A stretch of 32,000 nt of DNA, taken from positions 930,001 through 962,000 of the forward strand of contig NC_006138.1 in the NCBI RefSeq assembly GCF_000025945.1, in the 5' to 3' direction. Positions 18,943 to 27,540 of the stretch are shown piece by piece. The translations under genes were made by a program, and so were the position numbers. How positions within the stretch are numbered: the stretch's first letter is position 1; the number at the start of each line of letters is the position of its first letter. The notes under the pieces were generated by a model, which was not told the origin of the DNA, made no database searches, and saw only the letters and a list, made by a program, of their open reading frames with translations. The stretch is from Desulfotalea psychrophila LSv54 (GTDB lineage: Bacteria; Desulfobacterota; Desulfobulbia; Desulfobulbales; Desulfocapsaceae).

Positions 18943-19845
18943 ATGTTGGTAAACGCAGGTTTGCATACTCGTGCGGCCTTTCTGCAAGCTATTCGTGCCT
19001 TCTTTTATGAGCAGGGGTTTCTGGAAGTGGATACCCCTGTTCGTTCTCCTGTACTGATTCCGGAAAGTACCATCGAACCTATCTCCTGCGGCGACTTTTT
19101 TTTACAGACTTCTCCTGAGTTGTATATGAAGCGCATACTTGCCGCTGGTAATGAGAAGATCTTTCAGATATGCCCCTGTTTTCGCAAAGGGGAACGAGGT
19201 CGTCTGCATGCAGAAGAGTTTACCATGCTGGAGTGGTATCGGCTGGATGAGGACTATCACGCCCTGATGGCGGATTGTCAGCAGCTCGTTAGCTACCTGG
19301 CAGAGGCCCTGCAGGCTCATACCTCTGAGCTGGGGCGGATAGACCGTGCCTATCTTAACGGCTCATGGCAGAGGCTTACCGTGGCCGAGGCCTTTGCCCT
19401 CTGGAGTCCCATAGAGCTGAAGCAGGCCATGGCCGATGATATCTTTGAGGAGATGCTGGTGGAGTATATTGAGCCTCGTTTGGGGATCGACTCGCCCACA
19501 TTTCTCTATGACTACCCTGCCTCCATGGCCTCTCTGGCCCGTCTTTCCGCAAGCAATAGCGAGGTGGCCGAGCGCTTTGAGCTCTATATGCACGGTATTG
19601 AACTTGCCAACGGATTTTCTGAGTTGACCGATGAGGTGGAGCAGGAGATGCGTTTTAAAGAGGAGCTTGCCGCAATAAAACGAGAAGGTCGCTGGCAGGC
19701 GACCCTTCCCGTAAAATTTTTGCAGGAGCTGGCAGGTCTTGATAAGGCAACGGGCATAGCCCTGGGGCTTGATCGTCTTCTTATGCTCTTTCTGGGCAAG
19801 GAGAGTATCGCCGAGGTGGTCAGCTTTGCCGAGGTGGACTTCTAG
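18943..19845 (+). CDS. epmA: EF-P--(R)-beta-lysine ligase (truncated class II LysRS paralogue, PoxA/GenX)
   Basis: 300 aa. Class II aaRS motifs are present (FLEVDTP; CFRKGERGRLHAEEFTMLEWY; GIALGLDRLLM) with no anticodon-binding domain. It lies directly downstream of efp. Confidence 0.88.
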   Translation: MLVNAGLHTRAAFLQAIRAFFYEQGFLEVDTPVRSPVLIPESTIEPISCGDFFLQTSPELYMKRILAAGNEKIFQICPCFRKGERGRLHAEEFTMLEWYRLDEDYHALMADCQQLVSYLAEALQAHTSELGRIDRAYLNGSWQRLTVAEAFALWSPIELKQAMADDIFEEMLVEYIEPRLGIDSPTFLYDYPASMASLARLSASNSEVAERFELYMHGIELANGFSELTDEVEQEMRFKEELAAIKREGRWQATLPVKFLQELAGLDKATGIALGLDRLLMLFLGKESIAEVVSFAEVDF

Positions 19846-20020
19846 GGGCCTGTTGGAAAACATGAACATCTTGCATCTCAGCTTCAGGCCATCTATGACT
19901 GCTTCTCAATCGCAAAATCCTCGATGTAGCCCTGCTACGTCTGCGGTTTTGTTCAATCGGCGCAGCCAAATCTAACCCAAATCTGAGCACAACTCTGCCC
20001 ATATTATTTTGTGACAGACC

Positions 20021-21856
20021 CTAAAAACCTTTTTTACCCTTGCCCGGTTTTCTTGAAAATTTTTCAGAGACCTGTACCTTCGATTTCTTCTTGTCAAATT
20101 CCCTGCTTAACACCTCTTTTTCCACGATATTTCGCTGTGCCTTTCTCTCCGAGATGTTTTTCGGGACAAAGAGGCTCTTCTTGCTCTGTGGATGGCGCTC
20201 TGTCACATACATTGCCGTGGAGATGGTGCCCGGGGTGGGGGTGAAATCCTGAAATGCCCGTACCTTGAGATCGAGCTTTTTTAGATCTTCGGCCAGACAT
20301 TTGGCATGTTTGAGGGTGGAGCCAGGGTGGGAGGTAATAATATACGGGCTTATATAGATCGGTTTTTTTCTTTTCTTGGCAATTTCCCTGCATCTCTCGA
20401 TAAAACGTACCAGGAGGTCATGGCTCTCCTTATGCATAAGGGTGAGTACCTCGTCGTTGGTATGCTCTGGCGCGATTTTTAGGGCCCCGGGGGTGTGCTC
20501 GGCGATGATCTTCTCCATCAGACGTGGTGTCTTCAGGAGCAACTCCATGCGCATACCCGAAGAGACAAAGAGATGTTTTACTCCCTTGAGTGAGGAGACA
20601 TCTTTGAGCAGACGGAGGAATCGTTCCTCGTCTATTTCCAGATTGGGACAGGTCTTAGGGAAGAGACAGTCTCGTTTGTTACAACCGCCAATGCGACACT
20701 TGGTACCATAGAGATTGGCGGTGGGGCCGCCCAGATCACTGATGGTGCCGTGAAAATTTTCTTCTTCTGCGATGAGCTTACATTCCTTGACAATAGAACG
20801 ATGGCTACGGCTTACTATTTCAGCTCCCTGATGGCGGGTGATGGCACAGAAGGAGCAATTACCGGCGCAACCACGGACAATGGTTACAGAGTCCTTGATC
20901 ATCTGTAGGGCCGGGATGTTTTTTTGGCTCTTATGAGAGGTGCGGAGAAAGGGGAGGGCGTAGACTGCATCGAGTTCACTTTCACTCAGGGATTTGGCCG
21001 CTGGGTGTTGGATTATCCACTGGGATTGCTGCTTCTGCAGTACCGTTTGTCGGGATTGGGCCCGGGCGTGGTTGTCCACGGCTATTTCTGCATCGAGAAA
21101 GAGTCCAGTTTCCTTCTCTATTTCGGCAAGAGATGGCAGAAATAGAAACTCTCTGTTGTTAGTCCTTTCACCTGCAAGGGTCGGTAAATGTTCGTCGAGT
21201 TCCTTTTCGGTGAAACGTTGGCAGGTACCTCGGATGCCGTCAAGGGTTATCCCCTCTTCGCAGCGCTGAGCAATTTCTTTGATCGCTCTCTCTCCCATCC
21301 CAAAAATAATGAGATCTGCCTTGGCATCGGTGAGGATAGAGGCGCGGAGTTTATCCTGCTTGTAGTCGTAGTGGACAAAGCGACGGAGGGAGGCTTCAAT
21401 TCCACCGAGGACAATGGGGCAGTTTTTATAACAGCTCTTGGCCAGGGCCGTATAGATAATAGAAGCGCGATCTGGCCTGCGTCGGTCAGATCTGCTTCGA
21501 TTATCTCCACGCCAGGGATTTCCATCGGGGGAGTAGCTGTCGCTATTTCTTACCCTGCCGCTTGAGGAGTAGTTGGCAACAACAGAGTCCAGGTTGCCAG
21601 CTGATATACCACAGAAGAGGCGTGGGGTGGGGTACTGTGCAAAGTCCTGAGGACTGTCATAACGGGGTTGGGAAAGAATTGCCACTTTGTAGCCTTGATC
21701 TTCAAGGACTCTACAGATAATGGCAATACCAAATGATGGATGGTCCACATAGGCATCGCCAGTGATCAAAAGTACATCAATTTCGTTCCAACCCCTTTGC
21801 TTGCACTCCTGCCATGATAATGGCGGGAGAGACGATTGTAAGGGCTGCTGAGACAT
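20021..21856 (-). CDS. ygiQ: YgiQ-family (UPF0313) radical SAM protein
   Basis: The N-terminal block RGWNEIDVLLITGDAYVDHPSFG is typical of YgiQ. The radical-SAM cluster motif is CAGNCSFC, and the C-terminal tail is basic. ATG at 21856 (MSQQPLQ...) is preferred over the tracked start at 21925. Confidence 0.85.
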   Translation of the reverse strand: MSQQPLQSSLPPLSWQECKQRGWNEIDVLLITGDAYVDHPSFGIAIICRVLEDQGYKVAILSQPRYDSPQDFAQYPTPRLFCGISAGNLDSVVANYSSSGRVRNSDSYSPDGNPWRGDNRSRSDRRRPDRASIIYTALAKSCYKNCPIVLGGIEASLRRFVHYDYKQDKLRASILTDAKADLIIFGMGERAIKEIAQRCEEGITLDGIRGTCQRFTEKELDEHLPTLAGERTNNREFLFLPSLAEIEKETGLFLDAEIAVDNHARAQSRQTVLQKQQSQWIIQHPAAKSLSESELDAVYALPFLRTSHKSQKNIPALQMIKDSVTIVRGCAGNCSFCAITRHQGAEIVSRSHRSIVKECKLIAEEENFHGTISDLGGPTANLYGTKCRIGGCNKRDCLFPKTCPNLEIDEERFLRLLKDVSSLKGVKHLFVSSGMRMELLLKTPRLMEKIIAEHTPGALKIAPEHTNDEVLTLMHKESHDLLVRFIERCREIAKKRKKPIYISPYIITSHPGSTLKHAKCLAEDLKKLDLKVRAFQDFTPTPGTISTAMYVTERHPQSKKSLFVPKNISERKAQRNIVEKEVLSREFDKKKSKVQVSEKFSRKPGKGKKGF

Positions 21857-21940
21857 GATTGGGTTTTGTGGTGGAGTGTGATTCTGGAGGATGGGTGGTG
21901 AGGAAATGTGTTGTTTCCTCACCACCTGTTTGTGATGCTA

Positions 21941-23383
21941 CTACATGAATACTTCCATGTAGTGGGAGTTTACCCAGAGGTGGGTAACGATGGAGGCTGC
22001 ATAGCCAAGGGCGATGACAGGGGTCCATTTGAGATGTGCGGCAAAGGTGTAGACACCTCGGGCAGATCCCATAAGGGCAACACCTGCAGCAGAGCCGATG
22101 GAGAGAAGGCTACCACCAACTCCGGCGGTAAGGGTTACCAGCAACCACTGTCCATGGGACATCTCTGGCATCATGGTCAATACAGCAAACATGACGGGGA
22201 TGTTATCGACAATAGCAGAGAGCATACCGACGATGACGTTTGCGTAGGTTGGTCCCAAATCCAGGTAGAGGAACTGGGAAATAAGGGCAAGATAACCAAA
22301 CTGTGAGAGACCGCCTACACAGAGAATAACACCGTAGAAGAAGAGGAGGGTATCCCACTCTGCCCGGGCAATTTTCTTAAAGAGATCAAATGGATCAGTT
22401 TTGGCGTGGTGTGTCTCTTGAGAAAGTGGGTTATCATCAATGGCAATGCTCTTTTGTTCTCTCTTCTTGATGTAATAGGAAAAAAGACCGAGATAGCCAA
22501 GGCCGAGCATCATACCGGCGGCAGGTGGCAGTCCCAGGAAGTTGTGAAAAGATACTGCGGTGATAATGGTGGCGAGAAAAAGAAAGATAATTCTTATTGC
22601 CCCGAACTTCATGGGGTAATGCTCGTCACTTGCCTCAGGAATTCCTTTGCCAATGGCAAAGTTCATGAAAAATGCAGGTACAAGCCAGTTCACCAGTGAT
22701 GGGAGGAAGAGGACAAAAAATTCCTGGAACTGAACAACGCCCTTCTGCCATACCATCAGAGTGGTAATGTCACCAAATGGACTGAATGCGCCACCGGCGT
22801 TTGCGGCAATAACAATATTGATACAGGCAACGACAACAAACTTCTTGTTCTTACCACCAACGGCCATGGCCACAGCACCCATGAGGAGGGCAGTGGTGAG
22901 GTTATCGGCTACGGGAGAGATAACAAAGGCAAGAAAACCTGTTATCCAAAAGACGGCACGTAGAGATAAACCGCGACTTACTAACCATGATCGAAGTGCT
23001 TGGAAGACATTACGCTCATCCATGGTATTGATATACGTCATTGCCACCAAGAGGAAGAGGAGCAACTCTGCATATTCAAGTATGTTGTGACGGATTGCCG
23101 TTTCGGCGGCATGGTCATAGCCCATGGCCTTAAAGGTCACTGCAACGCAGACCCAGATGATACCTGCTGCCAGGAGAACGGGTTTGGATTTACGTAGGTG
23201 TAACTGTTCCTCAAAGATAACTAGGGAGTAAGCTCCTACAAAGAGCAAAACAGAAAAAATACCGAGGCTTGAACCAACAAGGCTGTGGGTATCGGGATGA
23301 GCACCTGCTGCTGCACCTGCGCTTGCAAACAGAGGTGTTGCCATGGCTAAGAATAAGCCAGTAAGACCTAATACTTTCTTCAT
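21941..23383 (-). CDS. nhaD: NhaD-type Na+/H+ antiporter (ArsB/NhaD permease superfamily)
   Basis: 480 aa, polytopic, with an N-terminal signal-like segment. The blocks IFEEQLHLRKSKPVLLAAG and NAGGAFSPFGDITTLMVW are as I recall them from NhaD antiporters. Confidence 0.8.
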   Translation of the reverse strand: MKKVLGLTGLFLAMATPLFASAGAAAGAHPDTHSLVGSSLGIFSVLLFVGAYSLVIFEEQLHLRKSKPVLLAAGIIWVCVAVTFKAMGYDHAAETAIRHNILEYAELLLFLLVAMTYINTMDERNVFQALRSWLVSRGLSLRAVFWITGFLAFVISPVADNLTTALLMGAVAMAVGGKNKKFVVVACINIVIAANAGGAFSPFGDITTLMVWQKGVVQFQEFFVLFLPSLVNWLVPAFFMNFAIGKGIPEASDEHYPMKFGAIRIIFLFLATIITAVSFHNFLGLPPAAGMMLGLGYLGLFSYYIKKREQKSIAIDDNPLSQETHHAKTDPFDLFKKIARAEWDTLLFFYGVILCVGGLSQFGYLALISQFLYLDLGPTYANVIVGMLSAIVDNIPVMFAVLTMMPEMSHGQWLLVTLTAGVGGSLLSIGSAAGVALMGSARGVYTFAAHLKWTPVIALGYAASIVTHLWVNSHYMEVFM

Positions 23384-23482
23384 CTAATTTGTTCCGTAAT
23401 AGTTGAACTGGAAAATAAAAACACACGAGACCACAAAAACAGTCGTGTAATTTAGCAAATATGATGAAAAAGTACAAGCTTG

Positions 23483-23516
23483 TTCGGAAATAGCCGACCG
23501 ATGATCTGGTCGGCTA
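23483..23516 (-). terminator. GC-rich hairpin between sulP and nhaD (weak terminator or attenuator)
   Basis: 9-bp stem TAGCCGACC (23491-23499) pairs with GGTCGGCTA (23508-23516) around an 8-nt loop. On the minus strand only TTTCC follows. Confidence 0.4.
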
Positions 23517-23526
23517 GGGGATTTGT

Positions 23527-25686
23527 CTAATCGGCATTGGGCAGGTATTGGGTTAAAGGACAGTCATCACAACCATCTGACGGTAAGTCTGGTAGCTGGT
23601 GTATTATTTTTGTGATGGCGCTAACGGCGGATTTACTATCGGCATGAATATATTCTGAGCCGATTTTGTCGTAGAGGCCGGTTCGTACCATGACATCGAC
23701 CACTTGGCCCTTCAGGCCACAGATGGCAAAGCCTAGGTTGGCACTTCTCACCCGCTTGTAGAGCATATCCAAGGCCTCTTCACCCGATGCGTCCATGTCG
23801 TTTATGCCGCGGGCATCGAGGAGGATATAGCGGAGCTCGGGTTGTTCCATCCGGAATTTTTCTACCTGTTCATCCAGATAACTGGCGTTGGCAAAAAAGA
23901 GGGCACCGTCAAACCGAACAACAGAGATATGTTTACAACCTCGCAAACGGTAGTAATCAGCATTGGCCAGTACACGTTCCTTGTTCAGGGAGAGGCGGGC
24001 AACGACTGGTCGCATGGACTTGTAGAGGAAGACCGTCATGGAGAGGGCGACGCCGACCATAATACCCTTGTCGAGGTGGGGGGCAAAGTAGAGGGTTACT
24101 ATAAAGCTAATGATAGAGATGAGGCCATCGTACCACTGGGCTTTCCAGGAGTGAATAAAACCCTTTACATTCAGGAGGCCAACAACGGCCATCATGATGA
24201 CGGCGGCCAGCACGGCCTGGGGCAGGTGGTAGAGGAGGGGGGTGAAGAATATCAGGGTGATCAGTACCACCACCGAGGTGATTACCGAGCTGATGCCGGA
24301 AACAGCTCCGGCTCCAAGGTTTACCGCAGATCTGGAGAAGGAGCCGGAGACCGCATAACTGGAGCCAAAGGAACCGACGATATTGGCCAGGCCCTGGCCA
24401 ATGAGTTCCTGGTTGGGATCTAGTTTCTGGCCTGTTTGGGCAGCCATGGCCTTGGCAATAGCAATAGCCTCCATAAATCCCAGCAAAGAGATGATAATCG
24501 CCGTGGGGAGGAGTTTGGTAAATGTTTTGATGCTGACATCAGGGGTAGAGAGAGAGGGGATACCGGCCGGGACCTTGCCGATTACTGCTCCGCCGCTCAT
24601 AAACTTCAGTTCATCGGGGTTCAGCTGGGACCTGCCCACATTTAAGCGCCATGTCTTGCCATCGCTGTTTAAGCCTGCTGGTACTTGGTCCTGCAGGTAG
24701 AGTCTTAGGCCACTGGCCTCCTTAATACCGACAAATTTTGCATGACGCAGGTCATAGCGAATGGTAGCAGACCTCTTTTTTAGTTCAGCAATGAGGGTGT
24801 TCATTATGGCAACATCGGTCTTCAGTTTTATTAGTGCTATTGTTTCAAAATCCGTTGTTTGCCGCTCTTGTTCCTCGTCTACCTTGATACCTATGGTGGA
24901 ACGTTTATCACCCACCAGGGTGATCTCTTCAATCAAATTGTTAAAGGTTTTTATATTTTCTTGTATTTCAGTGTTGTTAATCCTGTTTATACTGAGATGT
25001 GTATCACTGTTAAATCCTGAAAAATAGGAGATAATAGTCGCCAGGCCAACTGCCACCAGGACGTTGGGGATGCGGGGGTTTATCTTTTTCAGGACTGCCA
25101 TAATAACAATTGCTGATATACCGAAGATAAGGGTGGGGATATGAGTATAGTCCAGGGCTGCTTGGAAAACTCGGATAATTGTCTCATAGTGATGCGTTGC
25201 CTTATCAACAGAAACACCAAATAATTTAGGTAGTTGGGAGGTGGCTATGATGATTGCCGCTGCATTGGTGAAGCCGTTGACCACCGGATGGGATAAGAAG
25301 TTTACCACCAGACCAAGTCGAAGGATACCAAGCGATAGTTGAAAGAGGCCAACTGTGAGGGCCAGGGCTATGGAGTAGGCGATAAATTCTGTAGATCCAG
25401 CCGTTGCCAGCGGTTCAAGGGCTGCTGCTGACATAAGTGAAACAACGGCTACCGGGCCTGTTGCCAGCTGTTTACTTGAACCAAAGAGAGCTGCTACCAT
25501 GGGGGGCAGGAATGCTGCATAAAGTCCATAGTAGGCAGGTAGGCCTGCAAGCTGGGCATATGCCATGGACTGGGGGATAAGGACCAGGGCCACGGTGATG
25601 CCGGCCAGCAGATCAATTTTAAACTTACCACCGCTGTAATCGTGGAACCACTTCAGAAAAGGAAACAGCTTTGTTGCTATATTCAT
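23527..25686 (-). CDS. SulP-family anion transporter with C-terminal STAS domain and a large internal insertion
   Basis: ATG at 25686 is preceded by AAGGTG. SulP blocks are present (AGITVALVLIPQSMAYAQLAGLP; the GKVPAGIPSLS loop). The STAS domain is present (ISVVRFDGALFFANASYL...ILLDARGINDMDASGEEAL). The tracked start at 25695 is a GTG. Confidence 0.9.
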   Translation of the reverse strand: MNIATKLFPFLKWFHDYSGGKFKIDLLAGITVALVLIPQSMAYAQLAGLPAYYGLYAAFLPPMVAALFGSSKQLATGPVAVVSLMSAAALEPLATAGSTEFIAYSIALALTVGLFQLSLGILRLGLVVNFLSHPVVNGFTNAAAIIIATSQLPKLFGVSVDKATHHYETIIRVFQAALDYTHIPTLIFGISAIVIMAVLKKINPRIPNVLVAVGLATIISYFSGFNSDTHLSINRINNTEIQENIKTFNNLIEEITLVGDKRSTIGIKVDEEQERQTTDFETIALIKLKTDVAIMNTLIAELKKRSATIRYDLRHAKFVGIKEASGLRLYLQDQVPAGLNSDGKTWRLNVGRSQLNPDELKFMSGGAVIGKVPAGIPSLSTPDVSIKTFTKLLPTAIIISLLGFMEAIAIAKAMAAQTGQKLDPNQELIGQGLANIVGSFGSSYAVSGSFSRSAVNLGAGAVSGISSVITSVVVLITLIFFTPLLYHLPQAVLAAVIMMAVVGLLNVKGFIHSWKAQWYDGLISIISFIVTLYFAPHLDKGIMVGVALSMTVFLYKSMRPVVARLSLNKERVLANADYYRLRGCKHISVVRFDGALFFANASYLDEQVEKFRMEQPELRYILLDARGINDMDASGEEALDMLYKRVRSANLGFAICGLKGQVVDVMVRTGLYDKIGSEYIHADSKSAVSAITKIIHQLPDLPSDGCDDCPLTQYLPNAD

Positions 25687-25798
25687 ATTACACACCTTGT
25701 ATGGGTTGTCTTCTTGTTAAGGGAACTCCTTGAAAAAAATTATTTTCCTTTAAATATCAAATGGGTTTGCTATTTAAGGAAACATTTTTCAAGCTCTC

Positions 25799-26401
25799 CT
25801 ACAGTTCAAGAAATTCAACTTTTCCGGTGGTGAGATCATAGTATGCTGGTACAACCTTTACCTTTCCCTCCAGAACAAGGTCGCTGATGATGGGTTCTGA
25901 TTCACGGATGAGATCTGCCATTAAAAGGGCGACCTGTTGGGCGGCGTTATCAACTCTTCCCCCTTCCATCCCCTCTACGGTCTTGAGGGCGGTCTGGATT
26001 GCCGGAACCAAGGAGGCCATATGGCCACCAAGGTTTGTGCCCTTGGCTACAGCAGTAACTGCCCCACAGTTAGAGTGGCTCATGACGATAACAAGTGGAG
26101 TGTGGAGATGACAGATGGCGTATTCAATGCTTCCCATGATTTGGTCATTGACGATGTTTCCGGCTACGCGGACGACAAAGAGGTCTCCTAGTCCCAGGTC
26201 AAAGATATGGACCGGTGGAACTCGGGAATCGGAGCAACAGAGGACAGTTGCCATGGGTTCCTGGCTGTAGTTGAGCTTGTCCCTGCTTTCCTGACAGAGA
26301 TTGGGATGTTCGAGGGCGCAGCAGCGAAAACGGGCATTGCCCTCCTGTAAAATTTCCAAAATCTCATCGGCCGTGGGCCTTTTCTGGGTTTCCATTGGCA
26401 T
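25799..26401 (-). CDS. Beta-class carbonic anhydrase
   Basis: 200 aa. The zinc-ligand motifs CSDSRV and HSNCGA are present, and GNARF lies near the N-terminus. GAGGAG RBS. Confidence 0.92.
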   Translation of the reverse strand: MPMETQKRPTADEILEILQEGNARFRCCALEHPNLCQESRDKLNYSQEPMATVLCCSDSRVPPVHIFDLGLGDLFVVRVAGNIVNDQIMGSIEYAICHLHTPLVIVMSHSNCGAVTAVAKGTNLGGHMASLVPAIQTALKTVEGMEGGRVDNAAQQVALLMADLIRESEPIISDLVLEGKVKVVPAYYDLTTGKVEFLEL

Positions 26402-26432
26402 GTAGATATCTCCTCATTCAAAAAAATTAAAA

Positions 26433-26455
26433 AGTATAAAAGTATAAAATATACT
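26433..26455. promoter_or_regulatory. Direct plus inverted repeat upstream of the carbonic anhydrase gene (possible operator or -10 region)
   Basis: AGTATAAA occurs twice in tandem (26433-26440 and 26441-26448). The inverted repeat AGTATA-N3-TATACT spans 26441-26455. The site lies 32-55 nt upstream of the start codon at 26401. Confidence 0.3.
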
Positions 26456-26713
26456 GAAAGTTCTTGATCTCGTTCATATCATACATCTGCCTGTTTGAAG
26501 GGGTAAAACTCAGGCAATTTAGCATGCTTTAACTCAAAGCGGAAAATGGTAATAAGTCAAGGAAAAACTTGTTTTAAGGCGCTTATTCGCCTAAGGAAAG
26601 AGCAGTGATATCAAGGTGAAAAAGGTTGTATATCTGTTGCGGAATGGTCGCAGGAGGGCCGAGGAATGGCCTGTTAGGCCAGCTCTTTTTGCCCTCCGTG
26701 CTGAGCTACTTTT

Positions 26714-27532
26714 TTACAGGGCTGTGGCCCTCTTTTTTTGGTGAATTCGCCAGAACCAGAGGGTGAGGCCACAGAGGATCATTGCTCCACTGAGTAATTG
26801 GCCCATGGTGATATGGGCCACGATAAAGCCCAATTGCGGATCAGGTTGGCGAAAATTTTCGATGATTATGCGGAATAGGCCGTAAAGGCAGAGGAATAGA
26901 GAGAGTATCGTCCCATGTGGAGTAAGGCTGTTCCTTTTCCACGGCCTGTTACGAAGGCTCCAGAGAATAATAAAGAGGATAAGGCCTTCAAGCAATGACT
27001 CATAAAGCTGGGAGGCGTGCCGGGGTAGTGGCCCACCGTTTGGGAAAATGATTCCCCAGGGTTGTTCGGTGACCCTGCCGTAGAGTTCACCGTTGATCAG
27101 GTTGCCAATTCTGCCCAGGCCCAGGCCAATAGGGATAGTGGCCACATAGACATCAGCCGTCGCCCAGAAGTCTATCTTCTTGATTTTGCAGAAGATGAGT
27201 CCCCCCAAGATCAGGGCAATGCAGGCACCGTGAAAAGACATTCCTCCATGCCAGGTTGCAAGTATTTCCAGTGGATGTTGCAGGTAGTAGGACAGGTTGT
27301 AGAAGACCACATATCCCAGTCTGCCACCCAGTATCACACAGAGAATGAGAACAGTATTTAAATTATCAAAGTTCTTTTCAAGCTGGGTAAACTGATGCCT
27401 TTGTATTTGCTGACGTACCAGAAAATAGGTGGCAAAAAAGCCGATAACATACATGAGCCCGTACCAGCGAATGCTGATAGGGCCAAGGCTCATGATGATG
27501 GGATCGATGGGTGGCAGGGTGTAGTAGGACAT
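26714..27532 (-). CDS. lgt: Prolipoprotein diacylglyceryl transferase
   Basis: 272 aa. Conserved Lgt blocks are present: ISIRWYGLMYVIGF, GGRLGYV, GRIGNLINGELYG and HASQLYESLLEG. Confidence 0.95.
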   Translation of the reverse strand: MSYYTLPPIDPIIMSLGPISIRWYGLMYVIGFFATYFLVRQQIQRHQFTQLEKNFDNLNTVLILCVILGGRLGYVVFYNLSYYLQHPLEILATWHGGMSFHGACIALILGGLIFCKIKKIDFWATADVYVATIPIGLGLGRIGNLINGELYGRVTEQPWGIIFPNGGPLPRHASQLYESLLEGLILFIILWSLRNRPWKRNSLTPHGTILSLFLCLYGLFRIIIENFRQPDPQLGFIVAHITMGQLLSGAMILCGLTLWFWRIHQKKRATAL

Positions 27533-27540
27533 GGTCTCTC

